Source: an uncultured Actinomycetota bacterium (GTDB lineage: Bacteria; Actinomycetota; Actinomycetes; Mycobacteriales; Mycobacteriaceae). From it: a DNA stretch of 64,000 bases. Below the pieces are notes generated by a model. The model was not told the DNA's origin and made no database searches. It saw only the letters and a list, made by a program, of their open reading frames with translations. Where the stretch lies: NCBI GenBank assembly GCA_963732835.1, contig CAVTBA010000029.1, positions 2,964-66,963 on the forward strand. Direction: 5' to 3'. The position numbers were made by a program, and so were the translations under genes. Shown piece by piece: positions 37,530 through 53,577 of the stretch. Each line of letters starts with the position of its first letter. Position 1 is the stretch's first letter.

Positions 37530-39158
37530 GTGATCACGGCCACGGACCTCGAGGTCCGCGCGGGTGCGCGCATTCTGCTCTCACCCGACGGCCCGGACCT
37601 GCGCGTGCAGCCCGGCGACCGCATCGGGCTGGTCGGTCGCAACGGCGCGGGCAAGACCACCACCCTGCGCATCCTGGCGGGGGAGACCGAACCGTACGCC
37701 GGAGCCGTCGCGCGCGCGGGTGAAATCGGTTATCTGCCACAGGATCCCAAAGAGGGCGACCTCGACGTGCTGGCCCGCGACCGCGTCCTGTCCGCCCGCG
37801 GCCTGGACGTTCTGCTCACCGACTTAGAGAAGCAGCAGGCGTTGATGGCCGAGGTCGCCGACGACGACGCCCGGGACCGCGCCATCCGCCGCTACGGGCA
37901 GCTCGAGGAGCGGTTCGTCGCGTTGGGCGGCTACGGTGCCGAGAGCGAGGCCAGCCGCATCTGCGCGAGCCTCGGCCTGCCGGACCGGGTGCTGACGCAG
38001 AAACTGCGCACGCTGTCCGGCGGGCAGCGCCGCCGGGTCGAGCTGGCGCGCATCCTGTTCGCCGCGTCGGAGAGCGGCGCCGGGTCCTCAACGACCTTGC
38101 TGCTCGACGAGCCCACCAACCACCTGGACGCGGATTCGGTTGGCTGGCTGCGGGATTTCCTGCGGGGTCACAGTGGCGGACTGGTGGTCATCAGCCACAA
38201 CGTCGACTTGCTCGCCGATGTCGTCAACCGGGTGTGGTTTCTGGACGCCGTGCGCGGCGAGGTCGACGTCTACAACATGGGCTGGCAGAAGTACCTGGAC
38301 GCCCGGGCCACCGACGAACAGCGGCGCCGCCGCGAACGCGCCAACGCCGAGCGCAAGGCCGCCGCGTTGCGCACGCAGGCCGCCAAGCTGGGCGCCAAGG
38401 CCACGAAAGCCGTTGCGGCCCAGAACATGTTGCGCCGTGCCGACCGGATGATGGCCGCGCTCGACGAGGAGCGGGTCGCCGACAAAGTGGCCCGGATCAA
38501 GTTCCCCACCCCCGCCCCGTGCGGGCGCACGCCGCTGGTCGCCAAGGGACTGAGCAAGTCCTACGGGTCGCTTGAGGTATTCAGCGGTGTCGATCTGGCC
38601 ATCGACCGCGGCTCGCGGGTGGTGGTACTGGGGCTGAACGGCGCCGGCAAGACCACGCTGCTGCGGCTGTTGGCCGGCACCGAGAAGCCCGACACCGGCG
38701 GGCTGGAGCCCGGGCACGGTTTGCGGATGGGCTATTTCGCGCAGGAGCACGACACGCTCGACAACGACGCGAGCGTGTGGGAGAACATCCGCCACGCCGC
38801 TCCCGATTCGGGTGAGCAGGACCTGCGCGGCCTGCTGGGTGCGTTCATGTTCAGCGGGCCGCAACTCGACCAGCCGGCGGGCACGCTGTCGGGCGGTGAG
38901 AAGACCCGGCTCGCGCTGGCCGGGTTGGTGGCGTCCACGGCGAACGTCCTGCTGCTCGACGAACCGACGAACAACCTCGATCCCGCCTCGCGCGAACAGG
39001 TGCTCGACGCGCTGCGCAGCTACCGGGGCGCGGTGGTGCTGGTGACGCACGACCCGGGAGCGGCCGAGGCGCTCGACCCCCAACGCGTGGTGCTGCTGCC
39101 CGACGGCACCGAGGACTACTGGTCCGACGAATACCGGGATCTGATCGAGCTCGCCTGA
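37530..39158 (+). CDS. ABC-F family ATPase (Rv1473-like)
   Basis: Two NBDs (GxNGAGKTT, LSGG, LDEPTN), no TM segments. Confidence 0.93.
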   Translation: MITATDLEVRAGARILLSPDGPDLRVQPGDRIGLVGRNGAGKTTTLRILAGETEPYAGAVARAGEIGYLPQDPKEGDLDVLARDRVLSARGLDVLLTDLEKQQALMAEVADDDARDRAIRRYGQLEERFVALGGYGAESEASRICASLGLPDRVLTQKLRTLSGGQRRRVELARILFAASESGAGSSTTLLLDEPTNHLDADSVGWLRDFLRGHSGGLVVISHNVDLLADVVNRVWFLDAVRGEVDVYNMGWQKYLDARATDEQRRRRERANAERKAAALRTQAAKLGAKATKAVAAQNMLRRADRMMAALDEERVADKVARIKFPTPAPCGRTPLVAKGLSKSYGSLEVFSGVDLAIDRGSRVVVLGLNGAGKTTLLRLLAGTEKPDTGGLEPGHGLRMGYFAQEHDTLDNDASVWENIRHAAPDSGEQDLRGLLGAFMFSGPQLDQPAGTLSGGEKTRLALAGLVASTANVLLLDEPTNNLDPASREQVLDALRSYRGAVVLVTHDPGAAEALDPQRVVLLPDGTEDYWSDEYRDLIELA

Positions 39159-39241
39159 TTTCGGCCAAACCGGCCCGCGACGCGAAGGCGGGTTCTTAAC
39201 CTATGTGCTTGACATCGTGTTCGAGCGTGGAGCGGGCCGGA

Positions 39242-39439
39242 ATGAAAAAGTCGACAAAGACTCGCAACGAGTTGCTGCACGAGCTACGCAACGCCTATGA
39301 GGGCGGGGCCAGCATCCGTAACCTGGCCGCCAGCACCGGAAGGTCGTACGGCTCGATTCACAGCATGCTGCTGCAGTCAGGTACCACGATGCGCAGCCGG
39401 GGCGGCCCCAATCACACGTCCCGGACCACGCGAGCGTAG
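39242..39439 (+). CDS. Small HTH protein (Rv1473A-like)
   Basis: YEGGASIRNLAASTGRSYGSIH. Confidence 0.8.
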   Translation: MKKSTKTRNELLHELRNAYEGGASIRNLAASTGRSYGSIHSMLLQSGTTMRSRGGPNHTSRTTRA

Positions 39440-39476
39440 CGTCACCGCGACATCATGCCCGTTGGTCGCAGTGCGG

Positions 39477-40087
39477 TCACGCTCGCGAGCGGGTGGCGCC
39501 CCCGGTGCCCCCGGCATCCCCAGAGTCGTTGCGGCGCACCGATTTCTCCACCAGGTCGAGCACGGCGGACAACCGCCGCGGATCTTCGCCTGATGCCAGC
39601 CGGGCCACCAGGCCGTCGAGCACCAGGTCCAGATAGCACTGCAACACGTCGCCGGGAACGTCGTCGCGCACCCGCTGCGCCGCTTCTGCCGGCGCAACCG
39701 ATCGGTCGTCGCGGCCGCCAGTTCCGCGGACCGTTCCGCCCAACCGCGGCTGAATTCGGGGTCGTTGCGCAGCTTGCGCGCGATCTCCAGCCTGGTGGCC
39801 AGCCAGTCGAACTGCTCGGGCGCGGCGAGCATGTCGCGCATCACCTGGATGAGGCCCTCGCGCGACGCCACGTCGGCCATCCGCTCGGCATCCTCGTGCG
39901 CCAGCGTGAAGAACAGCGCGTCCTTGTCGCGGAAGTGGTGGAAGATCGCACCACGCGACATGCCGATCGCCTGTTCCAGCCGACGCACCGTGGCCTTGTC
40001 GTAGCCGTATTCGGCGAAGCAGCGGCGGGCGCCGTCGAGAATCTGGCGGCGGCGCGCCGCCAGATGGTCCTCGCTGACTTTTGGCAT
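39477..40087 (-). CDS. acnR: TetR-family aconitase repressor (Rv1474c/AcnR), apparent 1-bp deletion near 39682
   Basis: TetR HTH at the N-terminus; the conserved C-terminus RVRDDVP...LDLVLDGL continues in another frame. Confidence 0.85.
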
Positions 40088-40110
40088 TGGGCAGGGCGTG
40101 GGTCGCCGGG

Positions 40111-42952
<2,842 letters not shown>

Positions 42953-43026
42953 TTCAACTCCCGAGGATTAAGTTCTCCCGCCGACGGGCCGTGTCGGCGG
43001 CGCTTCGATCAACCACGCCACTTTAA

Positions 43027-43042
43027 CAGTACGCTTGTCCTG
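43027..43042. promoter_or_regulatory. Putative AcnR operator
   Basis: CAGGACAAGCGTACTG on the minus strand fits the corynebacterial AcnR site CAGNAC-N4-GTACTG; upstream of acn. Confidence 0.65.
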
Positions 43043-43152
43043 CATTACGGCGGGGCGACCGTAGTTCCAGTCTTGTCGCGTAAGTCGACGGTTTAAACCC
43101 CCCGGAACGAAGTCGCGTACGGTGCCTGTAGCGCTACGGCAGGAGGGACATA

Positions 43153-43695
43153 ATGACCTTGCACCCGGTCCTACCCGTCTACATCCCGCAAGACGTCGAC
43201 ATGACCGCGGTCAAGGCTCAGGTCGCCGCCACGAGTGTCAGTGCGCCGCCGGCGGACATGCCCGGCCTGCTGCACATCGTCGACGAGGCCCACGCCAAGG
43301 GCATCAACCTCAAGATCGTGCTGCTCGATCACAACCCTCCGAACGACACCCCGCTGCGCGACATCTCCACGGTGGTCGGCGCCGACTACCACGACTCCAC
43401 CGTCCTGACGCTGAGCCCGAACTACGTCGGGAGCTACAGCACGCAATTCCCGCGGGTCACGCTGGAGGCCGGCGAGGACATCGCCAAGACGGGCAATCCG
43501 GTGGTTTCGGCGCAGCACTTCCTGAACGAGCTGAGCGCCCCGGAATTTCCCTGGACGGGCCTGACCATATTCCTGTTGCTCGCCGTGCTGGCGGCGGCTG
43601 TCGGGACCCGATTCCTGCAGGTGCGCGGCAGGCGTCCAGCAACACCGACGGATTCGGCGGGGGCGCAGGAAGTGACGCCCACCAACACGGCCTAG
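43153..43695 (+). CDS. Membrane-anchored protein (Rv1476-like)
   Basis: C-terminal TM after FPW; synteny between acn and ripA. Confidence 0.8.
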   Translation: MTLHPVLPVYIPQDVDMTAVKAQVAATSVSAPPADMPGLLHIVDEAHAKGINLKIVLLDHNPPNDTPLRDISTVVGADYHDSTVLTLSPNYVGSYSTQFPRVTLEAGEDIAKTGNPVVSAQHFLNELSAPEFPWTGLTIFLLLAVLAAAVGTRFLQVRGRRPATPTDSAGAQEVTPTNTA

Positions 43696-43763
43696 CCACG
43701 TGCATCCGGGCCGGTAGGCCCCGCAGGCATGTCCCCGGCACGTCGTCGCGGCAAACACGGTAG

Positions 43764-43779
43764 GTCACCGTTCGGTCAC
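43764..43779 (+). promoter_or_regulatory. Putative MtrA box upstream of ripA
   Basis: GTCAC-N6-GTCAC direct repeat, 11-bp period; ripA is a known MtrA target. Confidence 0.55.
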
Positions 43780-43935
43780 ATTAAACGCACGTAGAGAGTG
43801 CGATTTCTGTGGAGCGTTTGCACGCCCAATAGTGTGACGTACGGTGCAAATGATGCTGGTGTTGTCTTTGGCGCCCTTAGCTAGATCTGTGGCCGGCGCC
43901 GCCCGTCGCGTTGAGCCGTAGGAGACCTGAGTCGA

Positions 43936-45372
43936 ATGAGACGCACACGCCGGGGCTCCGCTGCGCAGCCGGTCGCGAGGCTGGTCCGGCCGGTCGTCCC
44001 GTCGGTCGTGAGCGTGGCTCTGCTGCTGTGTACGCCGGGGCTCGCACACGGTGATCCCGCCGCCGACAGCCTGGCCGGACTGATCGCCAACGTCGCCAAG
44101 GCCAACCAGCGCCTGGAGAACCTGAGCGCGGAAATTCAGACGGAGCAGGAGAGCGTCAACAAGGCCCTGGTCGACGTCGAGACGTCCCGGGACAACGCCG
44201 CCGCGGCCCAACACGACCTGGAGGCGACCCGGCAGGCGGTCAACGAAGCCAATACCGCGATCACCGCGGCGCAGCAGCGGTTCGACACGTTCGCGGCGGC
44301 CACCTATATGAACGGTCCGTCGAGCAGTTACCTGACCGCCACCAGCCCCGACGACATCATCGCCACCGAGGCCGCCGCCAAGACCCTGTCCGCCAGCTCC
44401 CAGACGGTGATGGCCAAGCTGCAGCGGGCGCGGACCGAGCAGGTGAACAAGGAATCGGCGGCGCGGCTGGCCAAACAGAAGGCCGACAAGGCCGCGGCCG
44501 ACGCCAAGGGCAGCCAGGACGCCGCGGTGGCCGCGCTGACCGACTCCAGGCGCAAGTTCGACGAACAACGCGAACAGATCACTCGCCTGGCCGCCGAGCG
44601 CGACGAGGCTCAGGCCAAACTCGAAGCGGCCAAACGGCAATGGTCGGCAGGTCCGGGCGGCCCCGCCGCCCCGGCGTCGGGCGACCGGTGGGAGACCGGC
44701 TCGGCGGGCGCGCCGGCGCCGCAGGCCGGGGCCCGCCGGTGGGACGGCGCCTGGGACCCCACCCTGCCGATGATCCCCAGCGCCAACATCCCGGGCGACC
44801 CGATCGCCGTCATCAACCAGGTGTTGGGCATCTCGGCCACCTCGACGCAGGTCACCGCCGGTCTGGGCCGCAACTTCCTGCAGCAGCTCGGCATTCTCAA
44901 GCCCGACGACACCGGCATCACCAACGCGTACCCCGGCGCGACGGGCGGGCGGATCCCCCGGGTTTACGGGCGGCAGGCCAGCGAATACGTGATCCGACGC
45001 GGGATGTCGCAGATCGGCGTGCCCTACTCCTGGGGTGGCGGCAACGCGGCCGGGCCGAGTAAGGGCATCGACTCCGGGGCGGGCATCACCGGCTTCGACT
45101 GTTCGGGCCTGGTCCTGTATTCGTTCGCCGGGGTGGGCATCAAGCTGCCGCACTACTCGGGGTCGCAGTACAACCTGGGCCGCAAGATCCCGTCCTCGCA
45201 GATGCGCCGCGGTGACGTCATCTTCTACGGCCCCGGCGGCAGCCAGCACGTGACGATCTACCTCGGCAACGGCCAAATGCTCGAGGCTCCCGACATCGGT
45301 CTGAAAGTCCGCGTCGCGCCCGTGCGCACCAGCGGCATGACCCCCTACGTCGTCCGCTACGTCGAATACTGA
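43936..45372 (+). CDS. ripA: NlpC/P60 peptidoglycan endopeptidase RipA
   Basis: Signal peptide, coiled coil, PYSWGGG, FDCSGL, QHV. Confidence 0.96.
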   Translation: MRRTRRGSAAQPVARLVRPVVPSVVSVALLLCTPGLAHGDPAADSLAGLIANVAKANQRLENLSAEIQTEQESVNKALVDVETSRDNAAAAQHDLEATRQAVNEANTAITAAQQRFDTFAAATYMNGPSSSYLTATSPDDIIATEAAAKTLSASSQTVMAKLQRARTEQVNKESAARLAKQKADKAAADAKGSQDAAVAALTDSRRKFDEQREQITRLAAERDEAQAKLEAAKRQWSAGPGGPAAPASGDRWETGSAGAPAPQAGARRWDGAWDPTLPMIPSANIPGDPIAVINQVLGISATSTQVTAGLGRNFLQQLGILKPDDTGITNAYPGATGGRIPRVYGRQASEYVIRRGMSQIGVPYSWGGGNAAGPSKGIDSGAGITGFDCSGLVLYSFAGVGIKLPHYSGSQYNLGRKIPSSQMRRGDVIFYGPGGSQHVTIYLGNGQMLEAPDIGLKVRVAPVRTSGMTPYVVRYVEY

Positions 45373-45382
45373 ACGGGGAGCC

Positions 45383-46117
45383 ATGCGCCGCAAGTGGATT
45401 CGCCTCATCACCTTCACCTGGATCACCACCGTGGTGACCGGGCTGATGTTGTCCGTGGCCGGCCCGGCTCCGCTGGCCACGGCCGACCCCGGCGCGTGGG
45501 ACCCCACCCTGCCGGCGACGATCAGCGCCGGCGCCCCCGGAGACCCGCTCGCGGTCGCCAACGCGTCGCTGCAGGCCACTGCGCAGGCCACCCAGACCAC
45601 CTTCAACCTCGGCAGGCAATTCCTCGGCGGCCTCGGAATCAACATCCTGGGGGACCCGGCTCCCACCGCGGCCAGCCCCACCAACCCCGGCGGCAAGATC
45701 CCGCGCGTCTACGGCCGGCAGGCCATCGAGTACGTGATCAAGCGGATGGGGTCGCAGATGGGCGTGCCGTACTCGTGGGGTGGCGGCTCGCTGGACGGGC
45801 CCAGCAAGGGCGTCGGCGACGGCGCCAACATCAACGGCTTCGACTGCTCGGGGCTGATGCGCTACGGCTTCTCCGGGGTCGGCGTGCTGATCCCGCGGTT
45901 CTCCGGCGACCAGTACAACGCGGGCCGGCACATCCCGCAGGACCAGGCCAGGCGGGGTGACCTCATCTTCTACGGGCCGAACGGCGGCCAGCACGTCACC
46001 ATGTATCTGGGCAACGGCCAGATGCTGGAGGCGTCCAGCCTCGCCGGCAAGGTGACCGTCAGCCCGGTTCGCAAGCCCGGCATGACGCCGTACTTGACTA
46101 GGATCATCGAGTACTGA
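45383..46117 (+). CDS. ripB: NlpC/P60 endopeptidase RipB
   Basis: Signal peptide, WDPTLP, FDCSGL; paralog next to ripA. Confidence 0.95.
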   Translation: MRRKWIRLITFTWITTVVTGLMLSVAGPAPLATADPGAWDPTLPATISAGAPGDPLAVANASLQATAQATQTTFNLGRQFLGGLGINILGDPAPTAASPTNPGGKIPRVYGRQAIEYVIKRMGSQMGVPYSWGGGSLDGPSKGVGDGANINGFDCSGLMRYGFSGVGVLIPRFSGDQYNAGRHIPQDQARRGDLIFYGPNGGQHVTMYLGNGQMLEASSLAGKVTVSPVRKPGMTPYLTRIIEY

Positions 46118-46269
46118 TCCAGGTGTGTTCGCCCGGCGGGATCCCGGGGGCGAACCACCAGCGTCGACGGAATCCGGCGGGCCTGGAATAGTTGGACGCG
46201 GGCACGTCGCGGCCCCACGACAGTCGTGGTGCAAGCAGTCGTGTCCGATTGAGCTGTGGAGGGTTATTG

Positions 46270-47403
46270 ATGACAGCAGCAGGTGGGCCGCCTCCGGGCG
46301 CCAGCGGTTACTCGGGCCCGGGTGGTCCTTCCGGCTCGCCGGCCCATGACGCGCCGTCCGGCGGCGGCAACGGCCTGGCCGCCGAGGTCCATACGCTGGA
46401 GCGGGCCATCTTCGAGGTCAAGCGGATCATCGTCGGGCAGGATCAGCTCGTCGAGCGCATGCTGGTCGGTCTGCTCTCCAAGGGGCACGTGTTGCTCGAG
46501 GGTGTCCCCGGCGTGGCCAAGACGCTCGCCGTCGAGACCTTCGCCAAGGTCGTGGGCGGCACGTTCGCCCGCATCCAGTTCACGCCGGACCTGGTGCCCA
46601 CCGACATCATCGGTACCCGCATCTACCGGCAGGGCAAGGAAGAGTTCGACACCGAGCTCGGCCCGGTGGTGGTGAACTTCCTGCTCGCCGACGAGATCAA
46701 CCGCGCGCCGGCCAAGGTGCAGTCGGCGCTGCTGGAGGTCATGCAGGAACGCCAAGTGTCCATCGGTGGCAAGAGGTTCCCGCTGCCCAACCCGTTCCTG
46801 GTGATGGCCACCCAGAACCCGATCGAGCACGAGGGCGTGTACCCGCTCCCCGAGGCCCAGCGGGACCGCTTCTTGTTCAAGATCAACGTCGGCTACCCGT
46901 CCCCGGAAGAGGAGCGGGAGATCATCTACCGGATGGGTGTGCGACCGCCGGAGCCCAAGCAGATCCTGAACACCGGGGACCTGTTGCGGCTGCAGGACAT
47001 CGCGGCCAACGGCTTCGTCCACCACGCGCTGGTCGACTACGTGGTGCGCGTCGTCATGGCCACCCGTTATCCCGAGCAACTCGGGATGAACGACGTCAAG
47101 ACGTGGATCTCGTTCGGTGCGTCCCCGCGTGCCTCGCTGGGCATCATCGCGGCGTCCCGCTCGCTGGCGCTGGTGCGCGGCCGCGACTACGTGATCCCGC
47201 AAGACGTCGTCGATGTCATTCCCGACGTCCTGCGGCACCGGTTGGTGCTCACCTACGACGCGCTCGCCGACGAGATCTCGCCGGAGATCGTCATCAACCG
47301 GATCCTGCAGACGGTTGCCCTGCCTCAGGTCAATGCCGTTCCGCAGCAAGGGCAGTCGGTGCCCCCGGTGATGCAGGCCGCCGGCGTGGCCAGCGGTCGG
47401 TGA
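46270..47403 (+). CDS. moxR1: MoxR-family AAA+ ATPase
   Basis: EGVPGVAKT, RIQFTPDL, DEINRA, ATQNP. Confidence 0.95.
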   Translation: MTAAGGPPPGASGYSGPGGPSGSPAHDAPSGGGNGLAAEVHTLERAIFEVKRIIVGQDQLVERMLVGLLSKGHVLLEGVPGVAKTLAVETFAKVVGGTFARIQFTPDLVPTDIIGTRIYRQGKEEFDTELGPVVVNFLLADEINRAPAKVQSALLEVMQERQVSIGGKRFPLPNPFLVMATQNPIEHEGVYPLPEAQRDRFLFKINVGYPSPEEEREIIYRMGVRPPEPKQILNTGDLLRLQDIAANGFVHHALVDYVVRVVMATRYPEQLGMNDVKTWISFGASPRASLGIIAASRSLALVRGRDYVIPQDVVDVIPDVLRHRLVLTYDALADEISPEIVINRILQTVALPQVNAVPQQGQSVPPVMQAAGVASGR

Positions 47404-48353
47404 CCGATCCCAAGCAGCCGGCGGGGCCACATCCGCCATCGATGCAGCGCGGGCAGATCGTCGACCCGAAGCTGGCAGCGGCGCTGCGGCAGCTCGAGCT
47501 GACGGTCAAGCGCAAGCTCGACGGTGTCCTGCACGGCGACCACCTCGGCCTGATCCCGGGGCCGGGCTCGGAGCCGGGGGAGTCACGCGAGTACCAGCCC
47601 GGCGACGACGTCCGGCGGATGGACTGGGCCGTGACCGCGCGCACCATGCACCCCCACGTCCGGCAGATGATCGCCGACCGCGAGCTGGAAACCTGGCTGG
47701 TGGTCGACCTGTCGGCCAGCCTGGACTTCGGCACCGTCGGGTGCGAGAAGCGGGACCTGGCGGTGGCTGCCGCGGCCGCGATCACGTTCCTCAACAGCGG
47801 TGGCGGCAACCGGCTGGGCGCGCTGATCGCCAACGGCGAGACGATGGTCCGGGTCCCGGCGCGCTCCGGCCGCCAGCATGAGCAGACGCTGCTGCGCACC
47901 ATCGCCACCACCCCCAGGGCGCCGGTCGGGGTGCGCGGGGACCTGTCGACGGCAATCGACGCGTTGCGCCGCCCGGAACGCCGCCGCGGCATGGCGGTGA
48001 TCATCAGCGACTTCCTGGGGCCGATCAACTGGATGCGTCCGCTGCGGGCGATCGCGGCCCGGCACGAGGTGCTCGCCATCGAGGTGCTCGACCCGCGTGA
48101 CGTCGAGCTGCCCGACATCGGCGACGTGGTGCTGCAGGACGCCGAGTCCGGGGTCACCCGCGAATTCACCATCGACGCCCAGTTGCGGGATGATTTCGCC
48201 AAGGCCGCAGCGGCGCACCGCGCCGAAGTGGCGCGCACCATTCGCAGCTGCGGCGCCCCGGTACTGACCCTGCGCACCGACCGCGATTGGATCGCCGACA
48301 TCGTCCGTTTCGTCGAGTCCCGCCGGCGCGGTGCATTGGCGGGGCGGCAGTGA
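47400..48353 (+). CDS. DUF58 protein (Rv1480-like)
   Basis: [23 protein letters not shown]. Confidence 0.92.
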   Translation: MTDPKQPAGPHPPSMQRGQIVDPKLAAALRQLELTVKRKLDGVLHGDHLGLIPGPGSEPGESREYQPGDDVRRMDWAVTARTMHPHVRQMIADRELETWLVVDLSASLDFGTVGCEKRDLAVAAAAAITFLNSGGGNRLGALIANGETMVRVPARSGRQHEQTLLRTIATTPRAPVGVRGDLSTAIDALRRPERRRGMAVIISDFLGPINWMRPLRAIAARHEVLAIEVLDPRDVELPDIGDVVLQDAESGVTREFTIDAQLRDDFAKAAAAHRAEVARTIRSCGAPVLTLRTDRDWIADIVRFVESRRRGALAGRQ

Positions 48354-49357
48354 CGTTGCCGCTCCTCGGCCCGATGTCGTTGTCGGGCTTCGAGCATTCG
48401 TGGTTCTTCCTGTTCCTGCTCGTCGTCTTCGGCCTGGCCGCGCTCTACATCGTGATGCAGTTGGCCCGGCAGCGGCGCATGCTGCGGTTCGCCAACATGG
48501 AGCTGCTGGAAAGCGTCGCCCCCAAGCGGCCGCCCAAGTGGCGGCACGTGCCGGCGATCCTGCTGGTGGCATCCCTGGTGCTGTTCACCATCGCGATGGC
48601 GGGCCCCACCAACGACGTCCGGATTCCCCGCAACCGCGCGGTGGTGATGCTGGTGATCGACGTGTCGCAGTCGATGCGCGCCACCGACGTGCAGCCCAAC
48701 CGGATGGCGGCCGCCCAGGAGGCGGCCAAGCAGTTCGCCGACGAGCTGACCCCGGGCATCAACCTGGGCCTGATCGCCTACGCGGGGACCGCGACGGTGT
48801 TGGTGTCGCCGACGACCAACCGGGAATCGACCAAGAACGCGCTGGACAAGCTGCAGTTCGCCGACCGCACCGCCACCGGGGAGGGCATCTTCACCGCGTT
48901 GCAGGCCATCGCCACGGTCGGCGCGGTCATCGGGGGCGGGGATACGCCGCCGCCGGCGCGCATCGTGTTGTTCTCCGACGGCAAGGAGACGATGCCGACC
49001 AACCCGGACAACCCGAAGGGCGCCTTCACCGCCGCCCGCACCGCCAAGGACCAGGGGGTGCCGATCTCGACGATCTCGTTCGGCACGCCGTACGGCTTCG
49101 TCGAGATCAACGACCAGCGCCAGCCGGTGCCCGTCGACGATGAGACCCTCAAGAAGGTGGCCCAGCTCTCGGGCGGCAACGCCTACAACGCCGCTTCATT
49201 GCAGGAGCTGAAGGGCGTCTACGCGACGCTGCAGCAGCAGATCGGCTACGAGACGATCAAGGGCGACGCCAGCGTGGGCTGGGTGCGGTTGGGGGCGCTG
49301 GTATTGGCGTTGGCGGCGCTGGCGGCGCTGCTCATCAACCGCCGCCTGCCGACCTAG
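48350..49357 (+). CDS. vWA-domain membrane protein (Rv1481-like)
   Basis: MIDAS DVSQSM, SDG; TM segments at both ends. Confidence 0.92.
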   Translation: MTLPLLGPMSLSGFEHSWFFLFLLVVFGLAALYIVMQLARQRRMLRFANMELLESVAPKRPPKWRHVPAILLVASLVLFTIAMAGPTNDVRIPRNRAVVMLVIDVSQSMRATDVQPNRMAAAQEAAKQFADELTPGINLGLIAYAGTATVLVSPTTNRESTKNALDKLQFADRTATGEGIFTALQAIATVGAVIGGGDTPPPARIVLFSDGKETMPTNPDNPKGAFTAARTAKDQGVPISTISFGTPYGFVEINDQRQPVPVDDETLKKVAQLSGGNAYNAASLQELKGVYATLQQQIGYETIKGDASVGWVRLGALVLALAALAALLINRRLPT

Positions 49358-49374
49358 CAGCCCCCTTTGCTCCC

Positions 49375-49426
49375 CGAGCGTCACGCCAGCGTGGCTGTCG
49401 TCGTCGAGCGTCACGCCAGCGTGACT
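49375..49426. repeat. Two copies of a palindromic REP-like unit
   Basis: CGAGCGTCACGCCAGCGTG at 49375-49393 and 49405-49423, each with a CACGC/GCGTG stem. Confidence 0.85.
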
Positions 49427-49476
49427 CGGGCTGCATCCCAGGGGGAGATTTAAACCAAACCGCAGCGAGGCGATAG

Positions 49477-50253
<777 letters not shown>

Positions 50254-50290
50254 CGTAAACCGCGACACAAGGCCTTCAACCACGACATAA

Positions 50291-51109
<819 letters not shown>

Positions 51110-51115
51110 ACTGCA

Positions 51116-52123
51116 ATGGAATTCGACGCCGTCCTGCTGCTGTCCTTCGGCGGGCCGGAGGGCCCCGAGCAGGTGCGGCCGTTCCTGGAGAACGTCACCC
51201 GCGGGCGCAACGTGCCGCCCGAACGCCTGGACGACGTCGCCCAGCACTACTTTCATTTCGGCGGGGTATCACCGATCAACGGAATCAACCGTGCCCTGAT
51301 CACCGAGCTGCGGTCGGAACTGGAACTGCCGGTCTACTTCGGCAACCGCAACTGGGACCCCTATGTCGAGGACACCGTTGCGGCCATGCGCGACAACGGT
51401 GTTCGTCGCGCCGCGGTGTTCACCACGTCGGCGTGGAGCGGCTACTCGAGTTGCACGCAGTACACCGAAGACATCGCCCGGGCGCGCCGGGCGGCCGGGC
51501 CGGACGCGCCCGAGCTGGTCAAGCTGCGGCCGTACTTCGACCACCCGCTCTTCGTCGAGATGTTCGCCGGGGCCGTCGCGGCCGCGGCCGACAGCGTGCC
51601 CGCCGGCGCGCGACTGGTGTTCACCGCGCATTCGGTCCCGGTGGCCGCCGACCAGCGCTTGGGCCCGAGGCTCTACAGCCGCCAAGTCGCTTATGCCACA
51701 AGGCTTGTCGCGGCCGCGGCCGGATACGCCGACTACGACCTGGCCTGGCAGTCGCGTTCGGGCCCGCCGCAGGTGCCGTGGCTCGAGCCCAGTGTCGAGG
51801 ATCATCTTGCGGCGCTGGCCGCCTCGGGCACCAACGCCGTCATCGTCTGCCCGATCGGGTTCGTCGCCGACCACATCGAGGTGGTGTGGGATCTCGACGA
51901 GGAGTTGCGATCCCAAGCCGAGGCGACGGGGCTGGCGTTCGCCCGGGCCGCCACACCGAACGCCGATCGCCGATTCGCCCGGCTGGCCGCCGATCTCATC
52001 GACGAACTGCGCACCGGCCGAAACCCGACGCGGGTGGCCGGCCCCGACCCGGTGCCCGGTTGCCTTGCCAGCGTGGACGGCGCGCCGTGCCGGCCGCCGC
52101 ACTGCGTCGCCAAAGCCGACTAA
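51116..52123 (+). CDS. hemZ: Ferrochelatase
   Basis: SFGGPE, FTAHSVP, WQSR...[12 protein letters not shown]. Confidence 0.96.
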   Translation: MEFDAVLLLSFGGPEGPEQVRPFLENVTRGRNVPPERLDDVAQHYFHFGGVSPINGINRALITELRSELELPVYFGNRNWDPYVEDTVAAMRDNGVRRAAVFTTSAWSGYSSCTQYTEDIARARRAAGPDAPELVKLRPYFDHPLFVEMFAGAVAAAADSVPAGARLVFTAHSVPVAADQRLGPRLYSRQVAYATRLVAAAAGYADYDLAWQSRSGPPQVPWLEPSVEDHLAALAASGTNAVIVCPIGFVADHIEVVWDLDEELRSQAEATGLAFARAATPNADRRFARLAADLIDELRTGRNPTRVAGPDPVPGCLASVDGAPCRPPHCVAKAD

Positions 52124-53046
52124 TCAGCCCACGCCGAGTGCAGGATCGCGGTGACGGCGGCCATTCGCGCCGAACGCACCACGGCGGTCAGCGGCCGCAG
52201 CGCGTCGCTGGCGATCCGCGCCTCCGAGGAGGATTGCGTTCCGAAGGGCTCCGGGCCGGCGACGACGGGCGCGGCGAAACGCTCCGGTGAGTCGGGTGAC
52301 CGGCTGAGTCCGGCGCTGACCGCGATGATGGCGTCGACGTGCGCGGCGTTCTCCAGCACCCGCAACGCCCGGGTCGGTGCATGGTCCGGAACCCGGTGCT
52401 GGCGTGCCGATTCCAGCAATTGCTCGACGAGTCCCCGCGGATCGTCGATGTCGGCCGCGGGCGATCCCAGCCCGATCGCGCCGAGCGCATCGGCGGCCGA
52501 CCGCACCGCCGACCGCAGGGTGTATTCGGCGTCCCCGAGCTCGTGGTGGTGCAGCGCCGGCGCGCCCGGCAGCGAGTACACGGTCCAGGACAGCGCGTAC
52601 GGCTCGGGGAAGTCCGCCGGCTCGTCGTCGTAGGAGAACTCGGGAACCAGCCCGACGGCGGTGGCGGGATCGTAGGGGTTGGCGATGATGATCGCCTCGC
52701 CGGCGGCCAGGGCGTCACGCTCGAACTGTGTCCCGGGGGCGAGCCCGCGCACATCGCCGGGCACGGGCAAAAGCACGTTGATCGTCCCGCGCAGCGGGCA
52801 CGGGCCGTCCGGAGGGGGCGCCGACCGGCCAACCGCGGCGCGCAGCGTCTGCAGCAGCGTCACCGTCCCGGCGTCGTGCACATCGGGCCAGGGCAGGCCG
52901 GTGTGGCCGGCGGCGACCGCATCATACGCGGTGACCGATTGCTTTGGCGCCCATAGCGATAACGCGTCCAGGACGTCGTCGGGCGCAGCCTTGCCTGCGA
53001 GCCAGGCGTTGGCCCACAGGGACAGCGAGACACTGGGACACCACAC
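52120..53046 (-). CDS. Conserved hypothetical protein (Rv1486c-like)
   Basis: [18 protein letters not shown]-terminus; synteny. Confidence 0.8.
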   Translation of the reverse strand: MWCPSVSLSLWANAWLAGKAAPDDVLDALSLWAPKQSVTAYDAVAAGHTGLPWPDVHDAGTVTLLQTLRAAVGRSAPPPDGPCPLRGTINVLLPVPGDVRGLAPGTQFERDALAAGEAIIIANPYDPATAVGLVPEFSYDDEPADFPEPYALSWTVYSLPGAPALHHHELGDAEYTLRSAVRSAADALGAIGLGSPAADIDDPRGLVEQLLESARQHRVPDHAPTRALRVLENAAHVDAIIAVSAGLSRSPDSPERFAAPVVAGPEPFGTQSSSEARIASDALRPLTAVVRSARMAAVTAILHSAWAD

Positions 53047-53103
53047 GATTCCGCAGTGTAGTTGTTTTGCCCGGCAAAGGCGGATCACGCGTATCCTGGC
53101 CGC

Positions 53104-53541
53104 ATGCACGCCGCGGTGCTTTGGCTAATATTCGCGCTGGTACTTGCCGGTTCCGAGGCGCTCACCGGCCATATGTTTTTGGTGATGCTCGGTGGCGGGG
53201 CGCTGGCCGCGGCGGTGACCAGCTGGCTGACGGACTGGCCGGTCTGGGCCGACGGGACGGTGTTCCTGATCGTCTCGGTGCTGTTGTTGGTGCTGGTTCG
53301 GCCCGCGCTGCGGCGCCGGCTCACGCCCGCACACGTGCCGCAGATGGGAATCGAGGCGCTGGAGGGCAAAACCGCGCTGGTGCTCGATCGGGTTTCGCGC
53401 GACGATGGCCAGGTGAAGCTCGACGGCGGGGTGTGGACAGCGCGCCCGCTCGACGACGGCGACGTCTACGAACCCGGCGAGTCGGTGACCGTCATGCACA
53501 TCGAGGGCGCTACGGCGGTGGTCTTCAAGAGCGGTCTATGA
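53104..53541 (+). CDS. NfeD family protein
   Basis: TM N-terminus, [15 protein letters not shown]-fold; precedes SPFH gene. Confidence 0.9.
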   Translation: MHAAVLWLIFALVLAGSEALTGHMFLVMLGGGALAAAVTSWLTDWPVWADGTVFLIVSVLLLVLVRPALRRRLTPAHVPQMGIEALEGKTALVLDRVSRDDGQVKLDGGVWTARPLDDGDVYEPGESVTVMHIEGATAVVFKSGL

Positions 53542-53577
53542 CGACCGCGAGAGACGCTGCGAGAGAAAGGAACTCCG

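Noticed and set aside
49375-49426. Mini CRISPR array
   Set aside because: Only two 19-bp units with an 11-bp gap and no cas genes
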